In this document: one piece after another, positions 28,177-40,792 of the stretch
Position numbering within the stretch: the first letter of the stretch is position 1
How the letters are laid out: every line of letters starts with the position of its first letter
Assembly: GCF_032062105.1 (NCBI RefSeq)
Contig: NW_026932328.1
Location: 186,001-250,000, forward strand
DNA from: Saccostrea cucullata
Lineage: Eukaryota
Length of the DNA stretch: 64,000 nt
Direction: 5' to 3'
Position numbers and translations under genes: made by a program
The notes under the pieces: model-generated
Seen by the model: the letters and a program-made list of their open reading frames with translations, nothing else
What the model was told of the DNA's origin: nothing
Database searches by the model: none

Positions 28177-29176
28177 AAAATAAATATCACACATACGTTC
28201 CTCGAATGGAAGGATATGGAGATAACGAACGGTATTCAATATATAAAACAATACAAAATAGGAGCAGGGCAAACATGAACCTCCGAGACATCAGAGGTGG
28301 GATCAGGCGCCATGGAGGAGTGAGCATCCCCTGCTGACCGGTGTCGCATAATATTTGGTCCGCCTCGTTTAAAGGTCCGGCCGGACCAAATACGATAACA
28401 TATTTGGTCCGCCTGGCTCTATAAGAAAAGGTCCGCCCTCGGCCTTTTATACAAATTGTATGCTTGTGGTTCATTCGATATTAATTGAAAAACTATTCTT
28501 TTAAAATTAATTAAGGATATATAGTCGTGTTAATAGCTAGTGTTTTCTCCAAGAAAATGTAGTAAACAATAAGTAAGAAATCGAAATTAATACATAAATA
28601 AAGGAATGTTTAGATTTATTGATCGGGTTTCTTCAAATTCTTGTCGGGAAGATGGGACATGCTTCTTTTGTCGTTTAAATTAATACACTAATGTCAACAT
28701 TATCATTAAAAAAATATTAAGAATACATGTACATACATTTACCTTCACCGCCTTGTTTACTGACAGAATAATCAGTATTGAATGAACAGATAAATGTTCA
28801 TATATCCAACACGAATCATTTAGTTACACTCTCTTTCCTATAAACATGATAAACGTTTGACTAATCCACTCACAAAAACTGATGTTCACATCTTTTAAAA
28901 TATATTTCTTTATAGTATTGATAAAAGATATCTGTCATTCTTTACGTTTAATATTGTTGTAAATTACTGGAGGATCACTAGCTGTGACAGGGGCTTATGT
29001 CACGGTGTACTACCCTACAACCCTTATTGTAAAAACAACATGCCTACGGATTGGGCAATTGGGGGTTAGCCTATAACTGTTTCGTTTGAGAAAACCTAAA
29101 GTACCATATCCCCTGTGTTTCTTTTATAAGTTAACACTGTTTCTTACCTATTCAAAGGCTAATTATTATATCTACT

Positions 29177-29716
29177 AGATCTCTGCATTTCATTTCCTGA
29201 ATTTAACATTGCCGACAATTTTTGTTATTATTTCGGAATCCGACAATTTCATTTTCATTTTCAACATTATTTATTTCTTTTTTTCACATTTTCGGATTTT
29301 TTAGGATACCTTTACGGCAATTTAAATTTAACATTTAATATTGTTTACTTCTAGTAGTATTAGTAGTAGAAGTAAACAATATTAAGACTAGTTATTAAGT
29401 AAGGGAAACAGTTAAGTGAAGGAAACAGTTAAATGAAACTTCACATTCACAATACATGTATCTACATCTGTTCCAGGGTAAAATCAATTAAGTTTCTTTG
29501 ACAGCTAAGAGCAAAGTCTTTTATTTGAATAAATTATCTAAAATATTTTTAATTACCTTAAGGATTTTTATAACGGATGCATGAATTCTTTTTTCATTTA
29601 CGAAAAAGTACTGACATGAATTTGACAAATGTCGGAGATGAAAACTTTTAAAATGTAAAAACTTAAAAATGTCGGAAATGAAAAGTTCAGAAAATTCCGG
29701 AAATGAAATGCGGCCT
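29177..29716. mobile_element. MITE-like inverted-repeat element, copy 1
   Basis: Ends gcatttcatttcc / ggaaatgaaatgc with subterminal ccgaca(a/t) and tgtcgga repeats. Confidence 0.65.
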
Positions 29717-30479
29717 ACTAAATATTACTCCGGGACAAGGTAAATATGCATTAATTGGCGAAATCAAACAAATTAAGTCGATAAATTGCTGGATTTATAA
29801 ATGCCTTTATTTTTCATATTTAATATGCATGTTGCTCATATAAAATCTCTGTGCACTACATTTATGATATATTATTTATACTTATGTCTCTCGGTTTCGG
29901 TTTCAATAAAAATCCGAACATTTTATACCCCCTCCTAAATGTTTTTTTTTAGGGCGGGGGGGGGGGGGGGGGTAATGGAGTGTAGTAAAATCACGCAGAT
30001 ACCTGTCAAAAAAGTTTAAAGTTTTAAAGTATACCGATATTGTACATATAAAGAGCTTGAGTTTAAAGACACACAATTTCAGAAAAGAACGAATGCACTT
30101 ATGAGCATTGGTAAAATGTGAAAAAATAAACAAAGTTAGCAAATTTTTCATATCAAATCATTAATTGATATCTAAACCACACGATTCAACAATCTTTGAC
30201 GCTGAAATTCACGAAGTATAAAGAACAATACCATACAATGTGGTTGGGGTCAGCCGACTTTTGTGATCTTCTATTAATAGTAAATCGAGAACGGTCATGC
30301 ATTTCAAAAATTTTGTTTACTATGAGCCTAACTTTGTACAAACTTGTGCACATGTGAATAGCAAAAGACGTATAATACATTTATAAAGCTTGTGTGAAAG
30401 TAGGAAATTTGCACACAATTAGGCTGGTACTTAAAATATTAATTAAGGAAGTTCTAAACACTGCACATTAAAAAAGTTC

Positions 30480-31720
30480 TAATCTCTAGTTTTCAAGTTA
30501 CGAAAATAAACCTTGTCCAAAAATTTTCCCTTTCTAACATAAAAATATTTAAAATACAGAGGGCGAACCTTTTCTAATAACTGCGTTTTAAGGTCCGCCC
30601 TCTCTATTTTTCTAGTTTTCAAGCTACGAAAATAAACCCTGTCCAAACATTTCCCCTTATGACATGAAAATATCTGAAATACAGAGGGCGGACCTTTTCT
30701 GATAACTGCGTTTTAAGGTCCGCCCTGTCTCTTTCCCTAGTTTTTTAAGCTACGAAAATAAACCCTGTCCAAAAATTTCCCTTCATAACATAAAAATATC
30801 TGAAATACAGAGGGCGGACCTTTTCTGATAACTGCGTTTTAAGGCCCGCCCTTCTATTTTTCTAGTTTTCAAGCTACGAAAATAAACCCTGTCCAAAAAT
30901 TTCTCTTTATGACATGAATATATCTGAAATACAGAGGGCGGACCTTTTCTGATAACTGCGTTTTAAGGTCCGCCCTGTCTCTTTCTCTCGTTTTTTAAGC
31001 TACGAAAATAAACCCTGTCCAAAAATATCACTTTATGACATGAAGATATATAAAATACAGAGGGCGGACCTTTTCTGATAACTGCGTTTTAAGGTCCGCT
31101 CTGTCTATTTTTCTAGTTTTCAAGCTACGAAAATAAACCCTGTCCAAACATTTCTCTTTATGACATGAATATATCTGAAAAACAGAGGGCGGACCTTTTC
31201 TGATAACTGCGTTTTAAGGTCCGCCCTCTCTATTTTTCTAGTTTTCAAGCTACGAAAATAAACCCTGTCCAAACATTTCTCTTTATGACATGAATATATC
31301 TGAAAAACAGAGGGCGGACCTTTTCTGGTAACTGCGTTTTAAGGTCCGCCCTGTCTCTTTCTCTATTTTTTAAGCTACAAAAATAAACCCTGTCCAAAAA
31401 AAATCCTTTTAATATGACATAAAGATATATGAAATACAGAGGGCGGACCTTTTCTGATAACTGCGTTTTAAGGTCCGCCCTGTCTATTTTTTTTTAGTTT
31501 TCAAGCTACGAAAATAAACCCTGTCCAAAAATTTCTCTTTATGACATGAATATATCTGAAATACAGAGGACGGACCTTTTCTGATAACTGCGTTTTAAGG
31601 TCCGCCCTGTCTATTTTTCTTTTTTTAGTTTTCAAGCTACGAAAATAAACCCTGTCCAAAAATTTCACTTTATGACATGAATTCGAAGATATATGAAATA
31701 CAGAGGGCGGACCTTTTATT
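30480..31720. repeat. ~125-bp tandem satellite array, ~10 units
   Basis: acagagggcg-type anchors at 30556, 30681, 30807, 30931, 31057, 31182, 31307, 31436, 31563, 31700; each unit contains the hairpin gagggcggacctt...aaggtccgccct. Confidence 0.97.
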
Positions 31721-31837
31721 ATACTACGTTTAAAAATTTTAAAGTCATATATAAGGCGTTTTTTTTATAAGTTCAGACTAAAAAATATAAAAAAGATCTT
31801 TCTATTTGTTTTGGTACTTTATATACCACTGTAAAGA

Positions 31838-32360
31838 TAGGACCGCTGCATTTCATTTCCGGAAATCGACATGTCATTTCTGCCATTTCTTTATTTCATT
31901 TCCGACAATTTGTCTTTTCTTTTCTGACATTTATTTCTTTTAATTTCTGGAATTTTTGCAAGGTACCTCTCCGGCAATTTAATGTTTACCAGGTACATGT
32001 ATATAGAAATGGAATTTTGAAATTTATTAAACACAACATTTTTAATATAAAAGTTCTGTATACATGTATATACATCTGTACATGAAGCACTAAGTCTAGT
32101 TAACAGAGTTTAATGAGCATGCAATTTTTTCATCGCATTTAATGTTCACTAAATTAAATGTCAAAGACTGCGCCGAACATTGATTTACTAAACAGTCTTT
32201 AATTTATTCTTTAAAATTTTTCATTACCGGAAAGCACTAAATTCCTGAAAAATGTCGGAGATGAACACTTTAGAATGTCGAAAATGAAAGCTTATAATGT
32301 CGGAAATAAAAAGTTTAAAATTTCAACACCAAAAAACAAATCCGAAATGGAATGCAGACT
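31838..32360. mobile_element. MITE-like inverted-repeat element, copy 2 (same family as 29177-29716)
   Basis: ctgcatttcatttccggaa ... aaatgtcggagatgaa ... gaaatggaatgcag. Confidence 0.65.
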
Positions 32361-32459
32361 GAAACATTTTATGAAAATCAAACAATTTAAATCAATCGCG
32401 TTTCATAGATATTTTATTAATTTTTTAAATTACAAACTTACGGTATATCAGGAGATCTT

Positions 32460-33960
32460 CTTCAGTGGTTTTCTAGTTATTTGTGTAAAAGGTCAAAAAA
32501 AGTTATGTATAAAGATCTGTTATCATCAAAACTAGATATTTTTGCAGGTGTACCCCAAGGTTCCGTTTTAGGACCCCTTTTATTTCTGATATATGTAAAT
32601 GATGTTGCTGTAAATATGTTATCATTGTGCAGACTTTTTGCTGATGACAATTCGCTTCAACACTCTTCATATAACATACTTAATATTGAATATAACTTAA
32701 ATCATGATTTACATATTCTGGAACTTTGGTCAAATCAGTGGCTTTTAAAATTCAACCCTTCTAAAACGAAAGTAATTTTTTTCAATAAGAAAAACATTTC
32801 TGTTATGCCTAAATTATTTTTTAAAGGTGACAGACTGGAGTGTGTCCCTGTTCATCGTCATTTAGGTCTATTGTTATCACAAAACCTTAGCTGGACTGAA
32901 TACATTGATAGCATTGTAAACAATGCTTATAAGAAACTTGGGCTTTTGAAAAAACTTAAGTATAAAATCGGCAGGACACACCTTTCAAAATTGTATGTCA
33001 CATTTATCAGACCCTCGCTCGAATACGCTTCAATTGTTTGGGATGGATGCTCTAATAATGATGCCGAAAAGCTTGAAAGAGTTCAATTATCTGCAGCTAG
33101 AATTGTTACAGGTCTTCCAATTTTTGTGTCAAGAGAAACGCTTTACTTTGAAACTGGCTGGGAAACATTGAAAGTTAGGCGCTATAATGCAAAAATGACC
33201 ACGATGTACAAAATTCATAATGGTAGTGTACCTGAATATTTAAATGACATTGTTCCAAACAAGCGTGAAAACATTTCAAAATATAATACCCGTAATAAGG
33301 AACAATACGTTGTCCCAAGATGCAGATTAGAATTATATAAAAGGTCTTTTATTCCCGACGCTGTGAAACAGTGGAATTTACTAAAGACAGAAACGAGGGA
33401 ATCTATCTCACTTAATGCAAAAACTTAACTACAGAAGTAAAAAAAACCCAATTCATTTTTCATTTGGCAAACGCTATACAAATATAATCCATACTAAACT
33501 TAGACACAACTGTATACTTAACTATGATTTACATAAAAGAAATATTATTAATAGCCCTTTATGTTCATGTGGAAAGTATGAAGATGTTTATCATTTCTTT
33601 TTTGCCTGCAGAAATTATCCAAACGCTAGGAATAATCTTTTCAATCGCCTGTTTTTACTTGACGAATTGGTCAATATTGATACAAATTTGTTATTATTTG
33701 GTAAGTAAATTTGCCTGTAGAAACAAATACATATATTTTTGCTGCTGTGCATAAATTTATTGACGAATCTTGTAGATTTTAAATTGTTATATTACTGAAC
33801 AAATATTTCACTTATCTCTTTTGCATTTGAATTTCTATGTACTACATGTACATGTATTTTAATTGCATGACATATAGTTATATTTAAGGAGAGGAACTCG
33901 TAAGTTGAAAGAACTTGTTTCCAACCCTTTTGTTTATACAATAAAATATGTTCAAAACAT
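32460..33960 (+). mobile_element. 5'-truncated CR1/L2-group LINE (RT C-terminal half)
   Basis: GVPQGSVLGPLLFLIYVND, LFADD, FNPSKTK, HLG, RPSLEY; frameshift near 33420; CSCG..H.FFAC motif; aataaa near 33940. Confidence 0.9.
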
Positions 33961-35155
33961 CATAGATATCCGAGATTTAAAACAGTGGCCGATTCTTATC
34001 GACTCGGAATTTACATAATGTAAATATCAGACACAGTTTTAATTCAATTAGTTTGAATTTAACTAATAGAAACGTGGGGATATTTAAGTTCAATATCGGT
34101 GAAATTTTTAATTTGAACATAAAAACCAAATCTCATGTAAATCTACGCTTAATCTATTATTCTTAATTTTTAGCTCAAATACGCCATATTTAGCTTTAAA
34201 TATTCAAATAAAGATTATACATGTATGGTTAAAATTATTAAAAATGTCGCAGTTTTGAAGTGTACGCCTAAATATTTGGTTCCTTGGCATAATTTATTTA
34301 TTTAATTAAAAAATCAGATCATTCTATTAATATGTAAAGCTAACACATGACCATTAGGTTCACCGACCATTCAATCACAGCGCCATCTGCCGCGGGCTCT
34401 ACCTGTGGGTGCGGTGGGTACCTGTCAGGTAAACAAATACGTCACACACCCATTGTTTTATTATATAGCTGATTTCACACCTTTAATCGTACTAATTTAC
34501 AAAAAGCAAATTCTAAGGAAAAACAAACACTTGCAAAATAATTGTGGTATGATTCTTAAAGAAATCATGGCCCTAAACGGCACTGCTTAAAGCACACTAT
34601 ACGAGTAGATTCTTGTCTGGAGATACTTGTATGTTGTACAAAAAATAAAACACAACAGGGTTAATCCTTCTTTCATCATATAGTATAGACAAATACCCGG
34701 TAGCCTTAATTTCATATGTTAAATTCAAGATTAAAACATTTTGCACCACCCGGACCTTAAAACGCAGGGGGACCTTTTCTTATACGAGCCGGACCTTTTC
34801 TTATAAAAGGCGGACCAAATATGATATCGTATTAGGTCCGGCCGGACCTTTAAACGAGGCGGACCAAATATTATGCGACACCGGTCACACTCGCCGTGTG
34901 CTCCTTGTCATGATCGGGAAATAATGGAAAAATCCGTCGTCAATTCAGTATATAAATAATGGACTAACAATTAGTATGAAAAACGTCAGTCGAGTATAAA
35001 TTTCTTGTTACTCGTCATATTACTGACTATTCCAATTATATTCATTACTATTACAATATTTGGTAAACGCTTAACTTGTTTTAAACAGAATATTCACCAT
35101 ACAAAATTAGTGCAATATATGAGATTTTGATTTCCTGAATGATTACTTGGAAAAT

Positions 35156-36000
35156 ACAAGGGCTGTTCAATAAATAATGTCCTCTGTGCTCGGAAAGAAA
35201 CAAAACACGCTTTTCAAGGATTTATCCTGATTGATTTCACTTAAATATTCTCTTTGAGTTAAAACACATGACCGTAACATTTTTACCCAATTTCTGATTG
35301 TTTTTAGAACACACTTTTGAGTATGGCCCTTCGTATACAAATGTGGGAGTTCCTATGGTTTACTTGACTTGTTTCTTCTTTCTGAAAGTTGTTTTTTTTT
35401 TCAAGTTTGGAAAGTGAAACAAGTCAAAGGTTGAAAATTCTGGCGAATCTTGTTGGTGTGACGAAACACTAACTTTCAGTATATCCCCAAAACTACTTAA
35501 CTCTTCATTGCGTGTGAGTTTTGACGCAGTCATGAAGAAATTTAATGTAATTTAATGTAGTTGATTCTGATTATGGTTCCATCCTTTCATAAACCTTTTG
35601 TTTTTTGGGGGGATACTTTCTGGACTTCTCTAGATATTTAACTGCCTCCCCGAATAAGAATTTGAACAAGGCTACTAATATTTAAGAAATCGGCATATGA
35701 AACTGTTTTTGTGCTTTTGCAATTCTATGCTCTTCTAAGACCTTGGTTGTTTTTGTCAAGTGCATCTTATTCTAAATTTGTTTTGATGGTTTAAAGCAAT
35801 AGATTCACGTTTCACAATTTGTTTGAATATTAGACAAACGTGGATAACTTCATTTTTTTTTATTTTTTAAAAATAATTGTTAAGATATTCTTACACGTCG
35901 TTTTCACTCATTTTTCAGAACATAGGGTGACTATTGAAAACTAAGCTTTTTCACTGCCAAATGTTCTTTAAAAAAGTGTAAACTACCCAAGAAATGATAC
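35156..36000. mobile_element. Highly degenerate mariner remnant (right boundary uncertain)
   Basis: TIR-like tacaagggctgttcaataaataatgtcc, also seen at 62595. Confidence 0.4.
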
Positions 36001-36774
36001 CTATAAAATTTTCTGTGTGTCTTAAAGTCAATCAAACATCATCAGTGATTTGTTGAATTTTAGCAAACAGTACATTTGTTGTTTAAAGTCTTTGTCGCAA
36101 AAGATGGTACCAATTTTTTATGCTTATTATATCATTTTTGTTCAATGAAATCCACCTGCTCATGTGTCTATTAAACAGACATTGGTTGCTGTAAATTTCA
36201 TATATTTCAGTGCATATTTCTTTCGGCTTCTTAAGTATTACTGTGCCATCTCAGAATGTACAATTCCTGTAATTACTCTGCTCTTCGGAAGCATCTCACT
36301 TTAATGTAGCTGAAGTTCACAACATCAAATGTCAAAAAGTCAGCAACACTCCTTTGTACCAGTTGGTAGCATACTGGCTGGTCCTTCCAATGTAGAAATG
36401 TAGATTGTGGATATCCGTGTCATCAGGTGTACCTCCTCCAACAGCAGCTTTCATAAAGCGTTTAATTTAACTATTGTTCACTGATTCTTCATCATTCATT
36501 TCTAATGCAGTGTCTTGAGTAGCCCTTCTTTTCCATCTTCTCACAATGAAAATATGTCATGAAAAGTGGTCACATAAACTGTAATCAATTCAATAACGAT
36601 TCCATCATGAGAGAAAGTCAAGCTTAATGTCACATGATTTCTTTATTGTCTGTCAAAGAGCCAATGACATTATTTACTGAACAACACTTGTACTGTACTC
36701 AGGAATCTCACAAATCCCTGCTTATTAACCACATTTTTCTGTTAGAAAGTTTTTTTTTAAATAAAGAAAGCCTA

Positions 36775-37405
36775 TGAAGCAGAATTTGTGCAAAATCTTA
36801 TGCGTGAAAAGAAGAAAACACTTGCTGTGGCTTTCAACTCGACATTTAGATATATCGACAACGTATTGTCAATTACCAATGGTCACTTCCATTCCTACGT
36901 CGATACGATATATCCTAGTGAGCTTGAGATAAAAGATACCACAAAGTCTGACACATATGTTTCATACTTGGATATTTTACTTGAAAAAGATGGTAATCTA
37001 ACAACCAAACTATATGATAAACGTGATGACTTTAACTTTTCTGTCGTCAACTTCCCTTACTTATGCAGCAATATACCTTCATCACCTGCATACGGAGTGT
37101 ATATGTCTTAGTTGATTCGATACACAAGAGCATGCTCTACATATAAACAATTTCTAAAACGAGGCAAATTATTGACAAGCAAGTTGATGAAACAAGAATA
37201 TCAATAGTCTCGTTTAAAGTCATCATTTCGTAAATTTTATGGTCGATACAATGATCTTGTCACTGAATTGACGACGACGACGGATTTTTCAGTTATTTTC
37301 ATATCAAGACAGGGAGCACACGGCGGGTGTGATCGGTCAGCAGGGAATGCTCACTCCTCCATTGCACCTGATCCCACCTCTGATGTTTCGGAGGTCCGTG
37401 TTTTA
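36775..37405 (+). mobile_element. 5'-truncated Naiad-type Penelope-like element
   Basis: FNSTFRYIDNVL, KLYDKRDDFNF, SNIPSSPAYGVY followed by the conserved 3' module. Confidence 0.9.
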
Positions 37406-37823
37406 CGTAACTGAGAAACGTGTCTTCGTATGTTAAAATATATGTAATCATTAATAAAGTAGGACACGAATTTGTAAACATAAAAATAGGACAGTTTTAG
37501 TTCCTTTACAGCGTGATTATTTACAAGTTGTATTAGTTTTAGATGCAATTTATTTAATGGGCACAATAAAATAATTAGTAACGCTCATTAAAGTTGTTGC
37601 ATTGTAATTACAGATTTTCTAGTGCTTGCATGTATATTGAAGATGCAGAACCATAAAGTCTCAAAGCAATAAGGTAAACGGTATTTTAATTTATATTCTT
37701 AAATTATGCATGTAAATCAATAACGTTTCACCAAATAATTCTAGATTTGTTGCAGGTACTACAGTGTGAAGGTACATATATCTTTATTATTGACCAGTCA
37801 CTTATGAATAAATTAAAAACCCA

Positions 37824-38202
37824 TGTTATGTATATTCTACTATAACCTTATATTGGGTTTTATTAACATGATGTCACTGCTGCATGTTTTTGAAGCAGCT
37901 AATTATCGTCTATTGAATTGTATAATCATGATGTCATTGTTACCAACTATATTTATAATAGAGCTACTTTTTACTAAAAGCATACACTATATTATATAAG
38001 TTTATGCTTGATATATTTACTTAACAAAATTACTCTTGATTTACCTTTTATACATGTATAAATTTTGTCAATCCAGGGAGCCCCTGGCACCCCTGGTGAG
38101 GTATATGATGAGGGCCTCTGCGGAGGTGATGCCTCAAATATGAAACTATGTATATATTTGAAATAAAATCTTTTATTCAAAAAAAAAAAAAAAAAAAAAA
38201 AA
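37824..38202 (+). mobile_element. Retroposed LINE 3' UTR stub (L1/Tx1-like)
   Basis: aataaa at 38162, poly(A) 38179-38205, 14-bp TSD aaattaaaaaccca (37810-37823 and 38203-38216). Confidence 0.8.
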
Positions 38203-38214
38203 AAATTAAAAACC

Positions 38215-38428
38215 CAAGGCGTTCATTAGTTGGATCCAGAAAGTTGTATACGATATATTGAACAGAATAGCAACATGCTATACTTCAAAAACTGTCAGAT
38301 ACGACTTTAGAAAGTTGGATAATACAAGTAATAGTATGTTTCACACAGTAATATTTTGCTATATACGACAAGTTGTGTATGATATGGAAATAGCGCGCTT
38401 GTCCGCGAACTTTTCTAACAGCCCTCGT
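38215..38428 (+). mobile_element. Mariner 3' end remnant
   Basis: Ends in aacagccctcgta (mariner-type TIR plus TA); decayed transposase C-terminus-like sequence upstream. Confidence 0.5.
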
Positions 38429-38449
38429 ACATGTATGTGACTAGGGTAT

Positions 38450-39110
38450 AAAATAAGAACCCTTGAAATTCCTATAGGTTGGATCCGGTGCATCGACGGA
38501 GTAAGCATTCCCTTGTTGATCGGTCCCATTCGCTGTGAGCCCTATGTATTGATAGAATAAACTTCTGTAGTCAAGTCAGTATGAAGAAAAAAGGCCTAAC
38601 AATTGGTAAGAAAATGTCAGCTAAAATACACCCTGAATGATAGATTTAATTTGCTAACAAGGTCATTAGATCAAGCATACAAATACAGAATGCGACTTTA
38701 AAAGAGAAATTCCTGTCACATCAGCTATTCAATAAGAAGCTTAAGAATTTATTGTACTCAAAGCAAGATTTTGAGTAACGAACACACTGGGAGACATAAA
38801 CACTATAATTATTATGAGTGGGCGATCGTGACAGTGGAATATTACTACACAAATAAGTTGACAATGGAAAAGCTGAAGCCATCTCGTTTGTCATGCAATT
38901 TAGTTGTTGATTGGCCTTTATTTAGTCAGTAATACATCCAAATATGAAACAGATGTGGCATACTCTCTTGTGTCTCAAAATTCCAGTTCACTGGGATATA
39001 TCGAGACGACATATAAATGAAAATAACATTTTTTAATTGATAAAACATCGTCGATGTATCTGAATGTCGAATTGAAGGCCAAAATTCAAACAGAAAAATG
39101 AAGAATATAA
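38450..39110 (-). mobile_element. Degenerate Naiad-type element
   Basis: Minus strand encodes AFNSTFRYIDD and KLHDKRDGFSFSIVN; decayed 3' module near 38460-38540. Confidence 0.8.
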
Positions 39111-39131
39111 ATCTAAGCATTGGATTTTTTA

Positions 39132-39338
39132 CTGTATACAGGGTTATTTTCGCCCCGTGTTATTTTCGCCCTTTTGAACTTGTGAACAATTTTGCCCCGT
39201 TTTAAATTCGCCCAGTCATAGTTCTGTTTAAGAAATTATGAGGTGTAATTTGAATTCGCCCCGTTTTAAATTCGCCCAATCAAGGAGAGGGCGAAAGGGG
39301 CGAAAATAAAACGGGGGCGAAAATTTCCCTGTATACAG
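39132..39338. mobile_element. MITE with CTGTATACAGGG TIR and TA TSD
   Basis: ta-ctgtatacaggg...ccctgtatacag-ta with internal ttcgccc repeats. Confidence 0.88.
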
Positions 39339-40792
39339 TATGTTGTCGATCGTATAGCACTGCCTGTCCGTGCCGCCAAATTAACATACCGCTAACGCGC
39401 GGTATTCAGTAAGATAGCACTGCCAGTTGCTGTTATAGAACTAACGTCATAAAAATAGAATCCAATACCTTAATTAAAAATTTGACACATAGGAAAGATC
39501 TAAGACTTCTTTTGCTATATTTTTAAATCAAAACTTGAAATGTGATTTGTTATAACAACATACTTTTTTTTCAGTTGTCACACTTCATTAGATTTAGAAA
39601 TACACATAACAATATAGAACATTTTAAAAAGTACTAGGGTTCTTTAAGCCTTCATTGCTCAATTTTACACACGATTTCAACAAGTTTCAAGACTATTCAA
39701 TAGGCCGATAAATCACTTTTCATCATGATTATTGTGTATGTTTATCAGATCCACCTTTCCTTCAAATTATTGAATTGCAATATTAATATAAAAGCCATAA
39801 TTTAGCTCTTTTAAAATCAATTTACAAACATATATTGAAAAACTTTTAAGGCTAAATATTTTCTCTTTCAAAAAGCAAAATGCATTTTATGGAGATAAAT
39901 GTCTAATATAATGAGATTCTCGATATCCATTTTGAAGGAATCAAATTTGACAGTCTTGTCAAGAATGCATTTCATCTGACAAAGCTTTCCAAGAGCAATC
40001 ATAGTTTTCCAAGAGCAATCATAGTTTATCTCTTCAAATCTACATTCTTCAAACTTAATTCTGCATTAAGACAGGTCTGTTTAGATTGTCTACTATTCTT
40101 CACATTGTGGTTTCCTTTGCAAGGACATTTGGTTTGTTCTCGACATTAATCATATGGATAAACTAATAAAGTTTATCTCCTCTGGATAAACTAGGTTATT
40201 TTGAGCACATAATTATTGACTATAGAAAGATAGACAACTCTTACTTGTCAGATTTATACAACTGGGCATGCGCAAGGTAAACTTCCTTTTCCTGTTGAAC
40301 AACAAAGCTGCTGGTACCAAAAATTTTAACTGAAGAAAATTACTTTCATCTAAGGCATCACGAAGAGAAAGTCAAAGTAAGTTTGTTTAATTAATGAGTT
40401 ATTAATTAGGATCAATTATTTGAATGATTTATTTAAAAATTTAGGGTTTTAGTCACGATTTATCAGATTAAATTTTTGGAAAATGATCTCGACCTTGCTC
40501 ATAGGTCAGCCATGTTGTAAAAAAAAAAAAAAAAAATGAATGAGTCAGAGTAGAAAATTATTCAACTAACTTGACAGGGAAAAGTTTAGTTTAGTTGCAA
40601 TAAATGGTAATATGTTTTGGTATTAAACAATCAAAAAACAAAAAAAAAATTGACAGAGATTAGTTTAGGTGCTATGAATTGTAATTTGTGCTTGCATTAT
40701 ATTTAAATAAATAATAGGAATATTACAATTAAAAAAAAAAAATGATGAATTTTAAATGGAATTAAAATGACATTTCTTTTGTTTTATGAGCC

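Larger units (their letters stand above)
28342..34880. mobile_element. Non-autonomous Ginger1-like DNA transposon
   Basis: TGT...ACA termini, ~72-bp near-perfect TIR (tgtcgcataatatttggtccgcctcgtttaaaggtccggccggacc...), CCGG TSD at 28338-28341 and 34881-34884; no transposase ORF. Confidence 0.85.
28205..34991 (-). mobile_element. Naiad-like 3' end split by the Ginger1-like insertion (pieces 28205-28341 and 34885-34991)
   Basis: Joining the pieces across one CCGG restores ...ctgctgaccggtcacac..., the reverse complement of the intact module at 50900-50960. Confidence 0.9.

Noticed and set aside
30480-31720. Palindromic repeat array superficially like CRISPR
   Set aside because: The intervening sequences are themselves near-identical, there are no cas genes and the context is eukaryotic; it is a satellite.
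36230-36560. Possible coding remnant on the minus strand
   Set aside because: No sustained frame or recognisable motif.
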